Under the pieces are notes generated by a model, which saw nothing but the letters and a program-made list of their open reading frames with translations, searched no databases and was not told the origin of the DNA. A DNA stretch of 63,693 nucleotides, the filler included. It is 4 parts of 4 records of this genome, joined end to end, with 100 filler letters (N's around TTAATTAATTAA, not from the genome) between each part and the next. Parts side by side here need not be neighbours in the genome. Positions count along the whole stretch, not along the records: positions 27,753 to 36,987 come from DRR723986_12882; positions 37,088 to 63,693 come from DRR723986_12887; 2 more parts are not named here. One strand, 5' to 3'. This document shows positions 27,753-39,061 of this stretch, one piece after another (position 1 is the first letter of the stretch; the number at the start of each line of letters is the position of its first letter). Both the position numbers and the translations under genes were made by a program.

Positions 27753-28615
27753 CCGGCGCGCTGGTCGCCCGCCACGACGCGGGCCTTGACCATGGCATAA
27801 CGCTCCCAGTCGCGCCCCTGATCCTGGTAATAGGTTTCCAGGGCGGCGAAGCTCAGGGCGAGCGCACCACTCTGGCCATATGGCCTCAAGCGCATATCCA
27901 CCCGAAACACGAAACCATCGGCGGTAATCTGGTCCAGCGCCTGAATCAGCCTTTGGCCAAGCCGGATAAAGAACTGCTGATTATCCAGAGCACGTCGGCC
28001 GCCATGGGTTTCGCCTTTTGAGGGAAACGCAAAAATCAGGTCGATATCGGAGGAAACGTTCAGCTCCCGGCCGCCTAGCTTGCCCATGCCAAGCACCACC
28101 ATTCTCTGGGGTGCCTCTTGCCCAGTTACCGGATCATCGCCCATGGGGGTACCGAACTCTTCACAGGCTCGCTCGTAAAGCCAATTCAAGGCACCATCAA
28201 TGGCGGTATCCGCAAAGGCACTGGTGGCCGTCATGGTTTCATGCAGATCAGCCCACTTCATGAGATCGCGCCAGATAATCCGGAACTGCACTTCCCGACG
28301 GTACTGGCGAAGTGCCGCATGCAACGCCGGTTCAGAGTCAACGTTCTGCAGGTAATCCCGCCAGCGATCAGCGAGCCAGGCCTCGGTGGTTGGTTCGGTT
28401 AAAGGCCGGGCAACAACGGCCGGCTGAATCTGCTCCGGATGTCTTTCAAGGGTTTGCCGGAGAAACAGGCTACGGGAAATAGCCTCTGCCACATCGGCCT
28501 CGGAGACATGGTCACCGGCCAGCCAGCCCGGCAGCCCCTCCGGGAATACCGATGGCCAGCATCCGGAAATCTCCTCCTTGAGCACTCCCGGCAGTGAAGC
28601 CCATGGCTCAGACAT
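27753..28615 (-). CDS. glnE: Glutamine synthetase adenylyltransferase, N-terminal part (truncated)
   Basis: [30 protein letters not shown] and GRDWERYA. Confidence 0.95.
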
Positions 28616-28695
28616 AACGCAACCCTCTGTCTCTCTGATATATTCCAGGTACTGTATAACGAACTCGCCAAGGACTGAACAGGCACCCGCTCTCC

Positions 28696-29889
28696 ATGAT
28701 GCGAAATAAACGCCCTCTGAATCCGGAACATACCCAATCCCACCTCCCTATGGGCGGACTTATAAGAAGTCGGATCAACCGGCTCTTTGCCATCCTCGGG
28801 GGACTGGTATCGGCGCAGATTCTTATCCTGTGGGCAGCAGAGCCACTCTCGTTCTTTGAAGCCGTATGGCTCACCATGACGACGCTGGTTACCGTGGGCT
28901 ATGGCGACTACTCCCCGGTCACGCCCGTCGGCCGGATCAGCACCATTGTACTGATGTTCGTCTCCGCCATTACCCTGTTAACCCTGATCGTAAGTGATTA
29001 CATCGAATACCGTTTCTACCGCAGAGAACGCATACTGACCGGACGCTGGATTTACAAAATGAAAGACCACATTGTCATCATCAACACCCCTCGAAGCGGC
29101 GGCGAACAGTACTTCATGCGATTCGCCTCGCAGATTCGCTCTGTTCCTGAGTACCACACGGTGCCGATAATGCTGCTTACGCGGCAATTTCCGGGAGGGC
29201 TGCCTGCGGAACTGTCCGACTGCGGCGTCGTTCACTTTCACGGCGCAGGAAATGACCCGGAAGCCCTGAAATCCGTGCACGCTGGCAGCGCCAAGCACAT
29301 CATCGTGCTGGCAGCCGACGAATCAGACCCGATGTCAGACAGCCTGACCTTCGATATCGCTCATCGACTGGCCGAATCCAATCTGGGCGGCAGAACCACG
29401 GTGGAATGTGTCGGCGACCATAACCGCGCAAGATTCAAAGCACTGGGCGTTCGCACCACCATTCGCCCCGTGCGTACCTACCCTGAAATCATGGTTCGCT
29501 CCGTGGTCGCCCCAGGTTCCGAAAAAGTTCTGGAAGACATGTTCAACTACGAGCGAGATCATCCGCATCGTTATGATCTCAAGCTCGACGACCTTACCTG
29601 GGCGGATATTGTCAGTGCTCTGATCCGCCACGGCATTGGAACCGCTCTGGCCTACATCGATCACGACAATGAAGTCATCTGCCACCCGGATACCAACGCC
29701 GAGGTTGAGGGCAAGGGGCTGATTGTTCTGGTGCGCTCCAGCGAGACGCCAGAAGTTTCCGTGGTAGAGGAAGCCCTGGACCGGTACCGGGAGTTTCTCA
29801 AGCAGTGGCGCACCATGCATGAGCAAAACCAGAAAGCCTCCACCGAGAGTTCTGAAGAGCCCCCTTCAGCCGGCGGCAGCGAGCGCTAG
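28696..29889 (+). CDS. Potassium channel with C-terminal RCK/TrkA-like domain
   Basis: Selectivity filter TVGYGD between two TM helices, then a cytoplasmic domain. The start may be 28750. Confidence 0.87.
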   Translation: MMRNKRPLNPEHTQSHLPMGGLIRSRINRLFAILGGLVSAQILILWAAEPLSFFEAVWLTMTTLVTVGYGDYSPVTPVGRISTIVLMFVSAITLLTLIVSDYIEYRFYRRERILTGRWIYKMKDHIVIINTPRSGGEQYFMRFASQIRSVPEYHTVPIMLLTRQFPGGLPAELSDCGVVHFHGAGNDPEALKSVHAGSAKHIIVLAADESDPMSDSLTFDIAHRLAESNLGGRTTVECVGDHNRARFKALGVRTTIRPVRTYPEIMVRSVVAPGSEKVLEDMFNYERDHPHRYDLKLDDLTWADIVSALIRHGIGTALAYIDHDNEVICHPDTNAEVEGKGLIVLVRSSETPEVSVVEEALDRYREFLKQWRTMHEQNQKASTESSEEPPSAGGSER

Positions 29890-30726
29890 TTGCAACTGAC
29901 CGAACTCAGGACATTGCTCAACCAGGGTCGGCACCGTAATTCCGGCTTGCAGCGCCTTGGCTACCGGCCTCCAAACGGGCAATAGTCCGGCCGCCTCCAC
30001 CTGCGGCTCAATCTTCGCAAGCGCGCTTGCGGGCAGACACATCGTGTCACCGGTTAACCAGGCCTGACTCAGATAATGCAGAAAAGATACCGAGCTGAAT
30101 CCGGAAGCAGGCAGCACCAGCGACGGGCGGTAGATTCCGGCAAGGTAGTAACCTTGCTCGGCTTTGCTTACCAGGTTAAGAAAAACCGGGACCGTTTGGG
30201 CAAGAGCACGGGCGTTTTCAAGCAGCGCTGCGGGCTCTCCCGCTTTCAGTTCAAATTCCACCTCATGAAGAGGCCTTGCCCGCTTTCCACCAACCACTTC
30301 GCCTGAGTCCAGAGCGACCTCAATTACAGACTCCGCTTGTTCCAGCATGATAATGCGCCGCTGGAAGTTGGTTTCAAATGCCAACGCCAATTCGTCAAGG
30401 TCGACCTGAGATCTCAACGGAGTCTGCTCCAAAAGCCCAAGATCCAGATCCGGCCCCGGCAGGTCCCACTCCCACTCCTGGCGGCGATGGGCTCCGTTTA
30501 CGAACTCGCCCTGGGTTTTCAAGGTCTGGATGTAACGATCGCCAGCTTGACGGACTCGCAACGCAGCACGGGCCTGGTTTAACCCGGCATTCGGGGTGTC
30601 GTAGTAGCGATTGACCAGTGTTTTGACCGGACCCTCGCTTGCACCCGGTCGACCTTTGAGCCACTCGAAGGCCCGGGACTGCGCGGATTCTGCCAGGGTC
30701 AGCTTTACTTCAAGTTCCGTGGCCAC
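29866..30726 (-). CDS. CYTH-domain inorganic triphosphatase (YgiF-like)
   Basis: ELEVKL, YYDT, LRVR, QTLK and EVEFELK. Start set to GTG 30726 (AGGAG upstream) because the longer ORF runs into the porin terminator. Confidence 0.87.
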   Translation of the reverse strand: MATELEVKLTLAESAQSRAFEWLKGRPGASEGPVKTLVNRYYDTPNAGLNQARAALRVRQAGDRYIQTLKTQGEFVNGAHRRQEWEWDLPGPDLDLGLLEQTPLRSQVDLDELALAFETNFQRRIIMLEQAESVIEVALDSGEVVGGKRARPLHEVEFELKAGEPAALLENARALAQTVPVFLNLVSKAEQGYYLAGIYRPSLVLPASGFSSVSFLHYLSQAWLTGDTMCLPASALAKIEPQVEAAGLLPVWRPVAKALQAGITVPTLVEQCPEFGQLQLALAAAG

Positions 30727-30764
30727 TGAAACGCTCCTGATGATTTCTCTTCCTGTAAAAACAG

Positions 30765-30792
30765 AAAAGCCGGTGACAGAGTCACCGGCTTT
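30765..30792 (-). terminator. Intrinsic terminator of the porin gene
   Basis: AAAGCCGGTGAC-AGA-GTCACCGGCTTT perfect stem, about 30 nt after the porin stop. Confidence 0.85.
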
Positions 30793-30821
30793 CAATACTA
30801 CTTGACTAGCTTATTAGCTGA

Positions 30822-31832
30822 TCAGAAGTAGTAAACAGCGCCAACGGCTGCGATAGCGCGCTCGTCACCAGCAGGTGAGGTATTTCCTGAAGCAAAGAAC
30901 TCATTGATTGAGTCTTCATCATTGGACTGCAGGTAACCCTCTACGTAAACGTACATGTGGTCAGACACGTTATGCAGCGCCTGCAGTGTGATGATGTCGT
31001 AATCGTCTTCTGCGGCTGTGTCGTCTGAAACCATCTCATAAGAAAGCGCGAACTGGTTAGCGCCCAGGGTGTAAACACCCATAACACCAAACACATCGCT
31101 CACGTCTTTACGAGTCTGGTACTCTGCAGAAATAGACAGGCTATCCAGGTTGTAACCGGCGCGCAGACCATAGGTGTTCTCGTTGTTGCCGTCGCCATTG
31201 TCGTTGGAATCAATGGCGAAGGCCAGCTCGAGAGCATCAACTTCATACATTGCAGCCAGCTGGTACGGATAGGACTTATCAGCACCCTGAGACTCGCCGT
31301 CACCATTGATCTGAATAGCAGCGCCCAGAGTCAGACCACCGAAGGACGGAGACAGGTACTGAACCAGGTCGCCTTCACCAGTGCTGTAAGAACCGCCAGC
31401 GCTTGCACCGATTTCGTAAAAGTTTGCGATTTGATCAATCGCAGACTCGTACATGGAGTCGTCAGAGCCGACCCATACCTGGCCAAAGCTGTCACCCTTA
31501 ACACCGATGTAAGCTTCGTCGATGTTCGCGCCATCGGAGTCTTTTTCATCAGCGCCAAAGCCGTCGAGCTCCAGCTTGAAGAAACCGGTAACGCCCGGGG
31601 CGATTTCGTGGTCGTGCTTAACGCCCAGAGTGGTGCCGTTGTCAAAGTGGCTCAGCTCAGAGTCGCCGCCGTCAATGTTTTCGTGCGCGATAGCGTACTG
31701 AATGTTACCGTAAACACTCGGCATGGAGTCCATCTTGGCCGCCAGCTCAGCAGCAGACAGATTAGACTGTGCCATTGCAGCGCCAGAGAAGGTTGCAGCT
31801 GCGATAGCAGAAGCAAGAATCGTTTTTTTCAT
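30822..31832 (-). CDS. Gram-negative porin
   Basis: Signal peptide MKKTILASAIAAA, amphipathic beta strands, AYIG motif and C-terminal YYF. Confidence 0.88.
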   Translation of the reverse strand: MKKTILASAIAAATFSGAAMAQSNLSAAELAAKMDSMPSVYGNIQYAIAHENIDGGDSELSHFDNGTTLGVKHDHEIAPGVTGFFKLELDGFGADEKDSDGANIDEAYIGVKGDSFGQVWVGSDDSMYESAIDQIANFYEIGASAGGSYSTGEGDLVQYLSPSFGGLTLGAAIQINGDGESQGADKSYPYQLAAMYEVDALELAFAIDSNDNGDGNNENTYGLRAGYNLDSLSISAEYQTRKDVSDVFGVMGVYTLGANQFALSYEMVSDDTAAEDDYDIITLQALHNVSDHMYVYVEGYLQSNDEDSINEFFASGNTSPAGDERAIAAVGAVYYF

Positions 31833-32313
31833 GTTGCGTCTTCCTTTTTGAGTTAACTCAGGTTTTCGACGGGTCTAAATCCCGATTTTTATTAGCCGGC
31901 ACAACCCAAGGCCATGCCTGCCGGATATCTGGCTGCCCTCTGGCATTCCGGCGAGAACAGCATTTTTTCTTTTTATCGGACAAGCGCGCTTGCCTTAGAT
32001 CTCAACCACTTACATAGCTTTGTTAAAGCTCTGCGTGATGAACCTTTTTTAATACAATGTTTAGCTTTTTGCAAACTTTTAATGGCTATTTTTTAGCCCC
32101 ATTTGCATTTTTCACCTTCATCGTTAGATCAACCTGGACTAACAACCTCTTCGGTTTTCACAACAAATTCAGGGCCAGATAACCAAAAAAATCAGTAAAA
32201 CAACCAGTTACCCACTACCCGAAAATGCCGGGCCCGAAGGCCACAAAACAATAGCCCAAATCATGCACTTTCGTGAAGCACTACTGGCAGCTGCGTCACG
32301 TTTTCGTGCACTA

Positions 32314-32766
32314 CTATCTCTTGCCAGACTCCAACATGAACGTAACCGGACCATCATTAACCAAAGTCACCTTCATATCCGCACCAAACTCTCCCTCTCC
32401 TACTCGCTCGAAACCCAACTGTCCGCGTGCCTCAGCCACAAAGTCATCGTAAAGCTGGTTCGCCAGCTCTGGTTCGGCTGCCAGAGAAAAACCCGGGCGC
32501 GTGCCAGAAGACGTGTCGGCAGCGAGCGTAAACTGGGGGACAACGAGCAGAGAACCACCGGAATCATGAACATTCACGTTCATCCGGCCGTGCTCATCGG
32601 GGAAAACCCGATAGGAGAGAATTGTTCGGCACAGATCTTGTACCGTTTGTACTGTGTCATTTCGCTCTACACCAAGAAGCAAGAGCAACCCGGAGCCAAT
32701 ACGGGCAATCGTTTCACCTTCTACGGCCACACTGGCTTCCGAAACGCGCTGGATTAGTCCTTTCAT
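32314..32766 (-). CDS. dtd: D-aminoacyl-tRNA deacylase
   Basis: IQRVSEASV, QFTLAAD, RPGF and NDGPVT. Confidence 0.95.
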   Translation of the reverse strand: MKGLIQRVSEASVAVEGETIARIGSGLLLLLGVERNDTVQTVQDLCRTILSYRVFPDEHGRMNVNVHDSGGSLLVVPQFTLAADTSSGTRPGFSLAAEPELANQLYDDFVAEARGQLGFERVGEGEFGADMKVTLVNDGPVTFMLESGKR

Positions 32767-32873
32767 TCAGTCCCTTGAGCATTGACACCGAGGATTAAAT
32801 TCATGACATGTAAAAAGTGTATAGAGCCCAAGTAACCACCGCAACCCTGCCAAATCAATAAAAGGTCGCATTC

Positions 32874-33836
32874 TCAGCCAACAGAAGGAAGACTTCTGGC
32901 AACCACACTCTCAACGCCCCGCATCAGGGCATCCACAATCGCTGGCTCGGATGCCGAATGGCCGGCATCACGAATGATCTGAAGCTCAGCTTCCGGCCAG
33001 GCCTTGCTCAGAGCCAGGGCATTATCCAGCGGGCAAACCATGTCATACCGGCCGTGAACAATCACGCCCGGAATGTCCTTTAGCCGCGAGGCATCACGCA
33101 CGATCTGGTCGGGCTCAAGGAACGAATTATTCATGAAATAGTGGCATTCAATCCGGGCCAGCGCGATAGCTACATGAGGATGCCCAAAATGCTCCACCAC
33201 CCTGGGATTGGGGTGCAGAGTGGCGCACCGCCCTTCCCAGATGGACCAGGCTTTGGCGGCCTGAATCTGTTCCAGCTCATTGGCACAGGTCAGGCGCCGG
33301 TAGTAGGCCGCCACCATATCGTCGCGCTCCACCTCCGGAATCTGGGCAAGGTAATCCTGCCAGTAATCCGGGAATACCCGGCTGGCGCCGTCCTGATAAA
33401 ACCAGTGAATATCCCGGGGCCGACACAGAAAGATACCCCGCAACACCAACCCCAAAATCCGGTCAGGGTGGGTCTCGGCATAAACCAGACTTAGCGTGGA
33501 GCCCCAGCTTCCCCCGAACAGCAACCAGCGATCGATGCCGAGAAAATGCCGAACCGCTTCAAGATCCTCAACCAGTTTGTCTGTGCTGTTACCCTCCAGC
33601 TCGGCCAACGGGGTCGATCTTCCGGCACCTCTCTGATCCAGCAAAATAATCCGGAAACGTTCGGCGTCGAAAAAGCGCCGGTGGTAATCCTCACAACCGC
33701 CACCCGGCCCGCCATGAACGACAATCACCGGAATTCCGTCCGGATTGCCGGATTCCTCGAGGTACAGCTCATGGGGATGATCCACCGCCAGTCGGTGGCG
33801 GGCGTAAGGCTCGATTTCAGGATAGAGGGTCAGCAT
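32874..33836 (-). CDS. pip: Proline iminopeptidase
   Basis: HGGPGGG, DQRGAGRS, GGSWGS, GRYD and AGHS. Confidence 0.94.
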   Translation of the reverse strand: MLTLYPEIEPYARHRLAVDHPHELYLEESGNPDGIPVIVVHGGPGGGCEDYHRRFFDAERFRIILLDQRGAGRSTPLAELEGNSTDKLVEDLEAVRHFLGIDRWLLFGGSWGSTLSLVYAETHPDRILGLVLRGIFLCRPRDIHWFYQDGASRVFPDYWQDYLAQIPEVERDDMVAAYYRRLTCANELEQIQAAKAWSIWEGRCATLHPNPRVVEHFGHPHVAIALARIECHYFMNNSFLEPDQIVRDASRLKDIPGVIVHGRYDMVCPLDNALALSKAWPEAELQIIRDAGHSASEPAIVDALMRGVESVVARSLPSVG

Positions 33837-33955
33837 GAAAAACTCCGTTTCGGGGATAACGGCAGTCTAGCTGAGACAGGCGAGAAAAATACAGGGGCCA
33901 CGAAAACAGGCGGAAGCGTTTACCGCCTCACAACGATTTCCTGGCCCCTGAGGGA

Positions 33956-35767
33956 TTACTTCTTGTTAGCGCGCTTACGCTCGTTTTCGGTCAGGAGCTT
34001 CTTGCGAAGACGAATCGACTTGGGCGTTACCTCAACCAGTTCATCGTCGTCGATAAACTCCAGCGCCTGCTCCAGAGTGAACTTGATGGGCGGCACCAGG
34101 CCGATCACTTCGTCCTTTCCAGAGGCACGCATGTTGTCCAGCTTCTTGCCCTTGGTGGGGTTCACCACCAGGTCGTTGTCACGGCTATGGATACCGCAGA
34201 GCTGGCCTTCATAGATTTCCTGGCCAGGGTCCAGGAACAGCTTGCCTCGGCTCTGCAGAGTTTCGAGGGAGTAGGTCAGCGCAGTACCGGTGGCCATGGA
34301 AACGATGACACCGTTCTGACGGCTGGTTACGTCACCCATCTTCACCGGGCCATAGTGGCTGAAGGTGGAGGTCAGGATGCCGGTACCGGAAGTCATGGTC
34401 AGGAAGGTGTTCCGGAAACCGATCAGGCCACGAGCCGGAATGGTGTATTCCAGGCGGATACGGCCCTTGCCGTCCGGGATCATGTTAGTCATGTCACCTT
34501 TGCGCAGACCCATCTGCTCCATAATCGGGCCCTGGTGCTGTTCTTCGATGTCGATGATCACGTTTTCGTACGGCTCTTGCTTCTGGCCGTCGACTTCCTT
34601 GATGACCACCACCGGCCGCCCCACGGCCAGCTCGAAGTTTTCGCGACGCATGTTCTCGATCAGAACCGACAGGTGCAGTTCACCACGGCCGGACACCTTG
34701 AACTTGTCGGCCGAGTCACCTTCTTCAACCCGCAGCGCTACGTTGTGCAGCAACTCTTTTTCCAGGCGCTCCTTGATGTTCCGACTGGTCACATATTTGC
34801 CTTCTTTACCGGCAAACGGTGAATCATTTACCTGGAAGGTCATGGATACAGTGGGCTCGTCAACGGTCAGCGCCGGAAGGGCTTCTACGTTAGAGGGATC
34901 ACACAGGGTGTCGGAAATGAACAGCTGGTCCAGACCACTCACGCACACAATGTCGCCAGCCTGGGCTTCCTCAACTTCCACACGCTGCAGGCCAGAGTGG
35001 CCCATGATTTTCAGGATACGACCGTTACGCTTCTTGCCGTCGGCACCGATCGCCACCACCGGGGTGTTGGTCTTCACTTTACCGCGCATAATACGACCGA
35101 TACCGATAACCCCCAGGAAGCTGTTGTAGTCCAGCTGGGAGATCTGCATCTGGAACGGGCCGTCCAGATCAACCGAAGGCGCTGGCACATGATCAACAAT
35201 GGCCTGGAACACAGCGTCCATGTTGTCGTCCAGATTCTCATGATCCATGCCGGCGATGCCGTTCAGCGCACTGGCATAGACTATCGGGAAGTCGAGCTGT
35301 TCATCGGTGGCACCAAGATTGTCGAACAGGTCAAACACCTGATCCACCACCCAATCCGGGCGGGCACCCGGACGGTCAATTTTGTTCACGACCACAATCG
35401 GGTTCAGGCCCGCTGCGAAAGCTTTCTGAGTCACGAAACGGGTTTGCGGCATGGGGCCGTCGATGGAATCCACCACCAGCAGCACACTGTCCACCATACT
35501 CATTACACGCTCTACTTCACCACCAAAGTCAGCGTGGCCCGGGGTGTCTACGATATTGATGTCGTAGTCTTTCCATTTTAGAGCAGTGTTTTTTGCCAGA
35601 ATGGTAATGCCACGTTCTTTTTCCTGGTCGTTGGAGTCCATTACACGCTCGTTTTCGAGCTCTTTCCGGTCCAGCGTGCCAGACTGGCGCAGCAGCTGGT
35701 CAACCAGGGTAGTCTTGCCATGGTCAACGTGGGCAATAATGGCAACGTTTCTAAGCTTATCAATCAC
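33956..35767 (-). CDS. typA: Translational GTPase TypA/BipA
   Basis: [32 protein letters not shown] and GRGELHL. Confidence 0.98.
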   Translation of the reverse strand: MIDKLRNVAIIAHVDHGKTTLVDQLLRQSGTLDRKELENERVMDSNDQEKERGITILAKNTALKWKDYDINIVDTPGHADFGGEVERVMSMVDSVLLVVDSIDGPMPQTRFVTQKAFAAGLNPIVVVNKIDRPGARPDWVVDQVFDLFDNLGATDEQLDFPIVYASALNGIAGMDHENLDDNMDAVFQAIVDHVPAPSVDLDGPFQMQISQLDYNSFLGVIGIGRIMRGKVKTNTPVVAIGADGKKRNGRILKIMGHSGLQRVEVEEAQAGDIVCVSGLDQLFISDTLCDPSNVEALPALTVDEPTVSMTFQVNDSPFAGKEGKYVTSRNIKERLEKELLHNVALRVEEGDSADKFKVSGRGELHLSVLIENMRRENFELAVGRPVVVIKEVDGQKQEPYENVIIDIEEQHQGPIMEQMGLRKGDMTNMIPDGKGRIRLEYTIPARGLIGFRNTFLTMTSGTGILTSTFSHYGPVKMGDVTSRQNGVIVSMATGTALTYSLETLQSRGKLFLDPGQEIYEGQLCGIHSRDNDLVVNPTKGKKLDNMRASGKDEVIGLVPPIKFTLEQALEFIDDDELVEVTPKSIRLRKKLLTENERKRANKK

Positions 35768-35863
35768 AACGGGTATCCTGAAGAAATTAGCGGCGCGCAG
35801 TATATCGAAAAGTCCATGGCGATAATATGAAGATTAGTGCCTAATATGTAACCAATCGGGGCT

Positions 35864-35923
35864 TGCACCATAATTATGCGTTATCAGAGAACTTGCACCA
35901 CCATGGTGCATCGCAGTGGTGCA
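35864..35923. promoter_or_regulatory. NtrC enhancer sites upstream of glnA
   Basis: Perfect TGCACCA-CCA-TGGTGCA (35894-35910), overlapping TGCATCG-CAG-TGGTGCA (35907-35923) and partial TGCACCA-TAA-TTATGCG (35864-35880). Confidence 0.85.
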
Positions 35924-36008
35924 ATAAGCATGGTCTTCGGCCAGGAAGCTGCGCCACATTAGCTCGAAAGCCTTGTCGCTGCGCTGTTCTGGCGCAGCCG
36001 ACAAAAAC

Positions 36009-36024
36009 TGGCAAGCCGATTGCT
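36009..36024 (+). promoter_or_regulatory. sigma54 (RpoN) promoter of glnA
   Basis: TGGCAAGCCGATTGCT has the GG-N10-GC -24/-12 spacing, about 100 nt downstream of the NtrC sites. Confidence 0.85.
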
Positions 36025-36160
36025 TATGCCAAAGCAGCCGCATAGTGAAGGTAAGGACCACAAGCTTCTGGTAAGCTTCCCTGACCTGAAAAAAGATCGG
36101 GCCTCAGAACACTGAACGATCCGGCACAACGAACATGTAAAACCTTACGGAGCATGCACA

Positions 36161-36987
36161 ATGTCCAAGACGATTGATTTGATCAAAGAACACGAAGTCA
36201 AGTGGATTGACCTGCGTTTCACCGACAGCCGTGGTAAAGAGCAGCACGTGACCCTGCCCGCCACCGAGGCGGACGAAGACTTTTTCGCTGACGGCAAGAT
36301 GTTCGACGGCTCCTCCATTGCCGGCTGGAAAGGCATCAACGAATCCGACATGATCCTGATGCCGGACGACGAAACCGCCGTTCTGGACCCGTTTACCGAA
36401 GAAACCACCGTCAACATCACCTGCAACATTGTAGAGCCTTCTACCATGCAGGGTTATGAGCGCGACCCCCGCTCTGTTGCCCGTCGCGCCGAAGAATACC
36501 TGAAGTCCACCGGCATCGCTGATGGCGCTCTGTTCGGCCCGGAGCCTGAGTTCTTCGTGTTCGATTCCGTCAAATGGAACGTGGACATGCAAGGCGCTTC
36601 TTACCACATCCATTCTGAAGAAGCCGCGTGGGTTTCCGGTGAAGACTTTGACCGCAACAACATTGGCCACCGCCCGGGCGTAAAAGGCGGCTACTTCCCG
36701 GTTCCGCCGGTCGACAGCCTGCACGACCTGCGTGGTGCCATGTGTGCCGCCATGGAATCCATGGGCCTGGAAATTGAAGTTCACCACCACGAAGTGGGCA
36801 CCGCTGGCCAGTGTGAAATCGGTGTTGGCGCCAACACCCTGACCCGCAAGGCAGACGAAGTTCAGATCCTGAAGTACTGCGTGCACAACGTAGCTCACGC
36901 CTATGGCAAGACCGCCACCTTCATGCCCAAGCCGGTTGTGGGTGACAACGGTTCCGGTATGCACGTGCATATGTCCTTGAGCAAAGA
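36161..36987 (+). CDS. glnA: Glutamine synthetase type I, N-terminal part (truncated)
   Basis: [28 protein letters not shown] and ATFMPKP...NGSGMH. Confidence 0.97.
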
Positions 36988-37087
36988 NNNNNNNNNNNNN
37001 NNNNNNNNNNNNNNNNNNNNNNNNNNNNNNNTTAATTAATTAANNNNNNNNNNNNNNNNNNNNNNNNNNNNNNNNNNNNNNNNNNNN
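36988..37087. other. Artificial contig spacer
   Basis: N44-TTAATTAATTAA-N44. Confidence 0.97.
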
Positions 37088-37112
37088 GCAACTGGCATCA
37101 TTGCGGATAATC
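37088..37112 (-). repeat. Fragment of dispersed intergenic repeat at contig start
   Basis: GCAACTGGCATCATTGCGGATAATC matches the last 25 nt of the window (GTGACTGGCATCTTTGCGGATAATC) at 22/25 positions. Confidence 0.7.
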
Positions 37113-37396
37113 ACATTGTTTTTATTCAATTGCATATAAGCTGCCAAAAGGTTTAAGACTCAAAAATATTAGCTCTTTTTGGAGACTTTTGACCTTGTCC
37201 AATCCATGTTTTCTGCAAAGCCAGCGTTGAGTGCCTATTTCGGTTTTTACAAGGAGCTGACTAAGAACACTTCTAAGCTAATGACTTGGGAAAATGCAGA
37301 TGGAACTGTGGAGGATGATTAATTGCCATGGAACACTATTTTTTTAGAAGGATAGGAAGGAAATGTAGAAATGAAGGAAGTTTTTATTATAAAATT

Positions 37397-38875
37397 TTAG
37401 TTTGAATTTTCTAAGACAGCATGTGAAGGTTCAAATTCCTCAAAGGGATATGTTCTCGGCAAAACTTCTACGCCACTTGTTACCTTCATAGGCGCCTGAC
37501 CAGCAAAAGTTACTTCCATAAAATATCCCTGATACCCTATTTCTGGTTGAGTCATTTTAAATTCATAGTGACCATCTGCCGTTGATACTAACTCAGTTGC
37601 TTTCCAATTTGGTCCAAACACATCCACTCTAAAATCCCTAGCCTTATCATTATATGCGCTCCAGATTTTTACTGAAATTGGTTTGTCGGCAGGATCCGTA
37701 TGAAATGAAATGAGGTCTCCTTCAATTTTCCATTCGTATTTAGGTCTAGGTTTTTGGTTTAGCACCGAGGAATAAAAGGAGATCATGTTTGGTAATGCAT
37801 CAGAATCTCCTAAGTCGTGTCCAAAATTCGGGACGTATTGAATATGCTTTTCACCGGGCAGATCATTCCAATAAAATTCCCAGCTATCCGGTTGAAAAAA
37901 CTGGTCTCCTGCTGCATTGATCAAGAGCTTAGGTAATTCCATCTCAGAAGCAAAAGTATAAGGTTCTGTAATCGCTAATAACCTATCAAATTCAGGAGTT
38001 CCCATCCAGTCCATTACACCTTCATTCACATAATTATCTACGGCTGGAGCCCAGAATCCATAATTTTTCCAGTGATGCTTAAATGAAGATTCTAAGTTTA
38101 GCATGTCTATGACGATTGGAATAATCGCAACGACCCTATCATCCACAGCTGCAGTTGTCCAAGTGGTCCACCCACGTTTCGATGCTCCAGCGACGACGTA
38201 GTTGTTTAGGTTTTTGTCATAAAGGGTTTTTACTACCTCTGAAGTAGCATCCATTGCGAGTTTTACCGCTTTGGTCATCGGTAGGCGAGCCAACCAAATC
38301 GCATCTTCGTCTTTAGCGCCTCCTTCCAGAAACTTTCTCCAGCCATAAGCAATAATGGCATCCTCATACCTTTCTCCTTCTGGATCGTTCGCGAAGGTTA
38401 AGGGCTGGAAAGGAATATTATGAACTTGTGCCACAATTGAATTTGTCTGCATCGCTGCGGCTAAAATCAGTTCATCAGGGTTCTCCGGCATTTTTGTGTT
38501 TGTACTTCCCCCGCCAATCCACATCAACCCTGTTTCAAAGGGAGTATCTCTAGGCACCACCATAGAAATCCAGTGCCACCACTCGGTCTTATCTACTAAT
38601 TCTGGAGTGAGCCAGTGCTGTGAAGTCATTTTGATGACGTGATAATCATACTCTGCCCCCGTGACCGTATGAACTACTTCAAATTTGAATGCAGAGTCTG
38701 GAGCCATTACATAATCCTTCAACAGGTTGTCTGAGGCAATTTCTTGGGTTATTGTTTTTTCTTCTGGCTTTTGGCAGGAGAAAAAAACAAGGGAAATGAA
38801 AACATAAGCACAGGAAAAAACCAGTGTGGGACGTAGAAAAAGTGATTTCATCAGGAATTGGGTTTTGTTAATCAT
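37397..38875 (-). CDS. PqaA-like (PhoPQ-activated pathogenicity-related) alpha/beta hydrolase lipoprotein
   Basis: Lipobox FFSC, MTSQHW, EDAIIAY, RLPMTKA, GASKRGWT and GDQFF. Start may be 38851. Confidence 0.8.
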   Translation of the reverse strand: MINKTQFLMKSLFLRPTLVFSCAYVFISLVFFSCQKPEEKTITQEIASDNLLKDYVMAPDSAFKFEVVHTVTGAEYDYHVIKMTSQHWLTPELVDKTEWWHWISMVVPRDTPFETGLMWIGGGSTNTKMPENPDELILAAAMQTNSIVAQVHNIPFQPLTFANDPEGERYEDAIIAYGWRKFLEGGAKDEDAIWLARLPMTKAVKLAMDATSEVVKTLYDKNLNNYVVAGASKRGWTTWTTAAVDDRVVAIIPIVIDMLNLESSFKHHWKNYGFWAPAVDNYVNEGVMDWMGTPEFDRLLAITEPYTFASEMELPKLLINAAGDQFFQPDSWEFYWNDLPGEKHIQYVPNFGHDLGDSDALPNMISFYSSVLNQKPRPKYEWKIEGDLISFHTDPADKPISVKIWSAYNDKARDFRVDVFGPNWKATELVSTADGHYEFKMTQPEIGYQGYFMEVTFAGQAPMKVTSGVEVLPRTYPFEEFEPSHAVLENSN

Positions 38876-39061
38876 TAAAAGCTAATAATCATATAATTTA
38901 TAAACTATTCGTCAACATGATTATGATAGCGAAGGAATTCTATGAATAATTACTTTTTCCTTTCACTGTTGAAAAGTTGGTTTTCTGACCAATTAAGTTG
39001 AGAGATAGGTTGCTTAGCTTTCTTAAAGCAACCCTTTATTCTTGTGAGTTTTTTAAAATAA

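Noticed and set aside
37206-37322. 38-aa ORF MFSAKPALSAYFGFYKELTKNTSKLMTWENADGTVEDD
   Set aside because: No recognisable motif or supporting signals; could be chance or a gene remnant.
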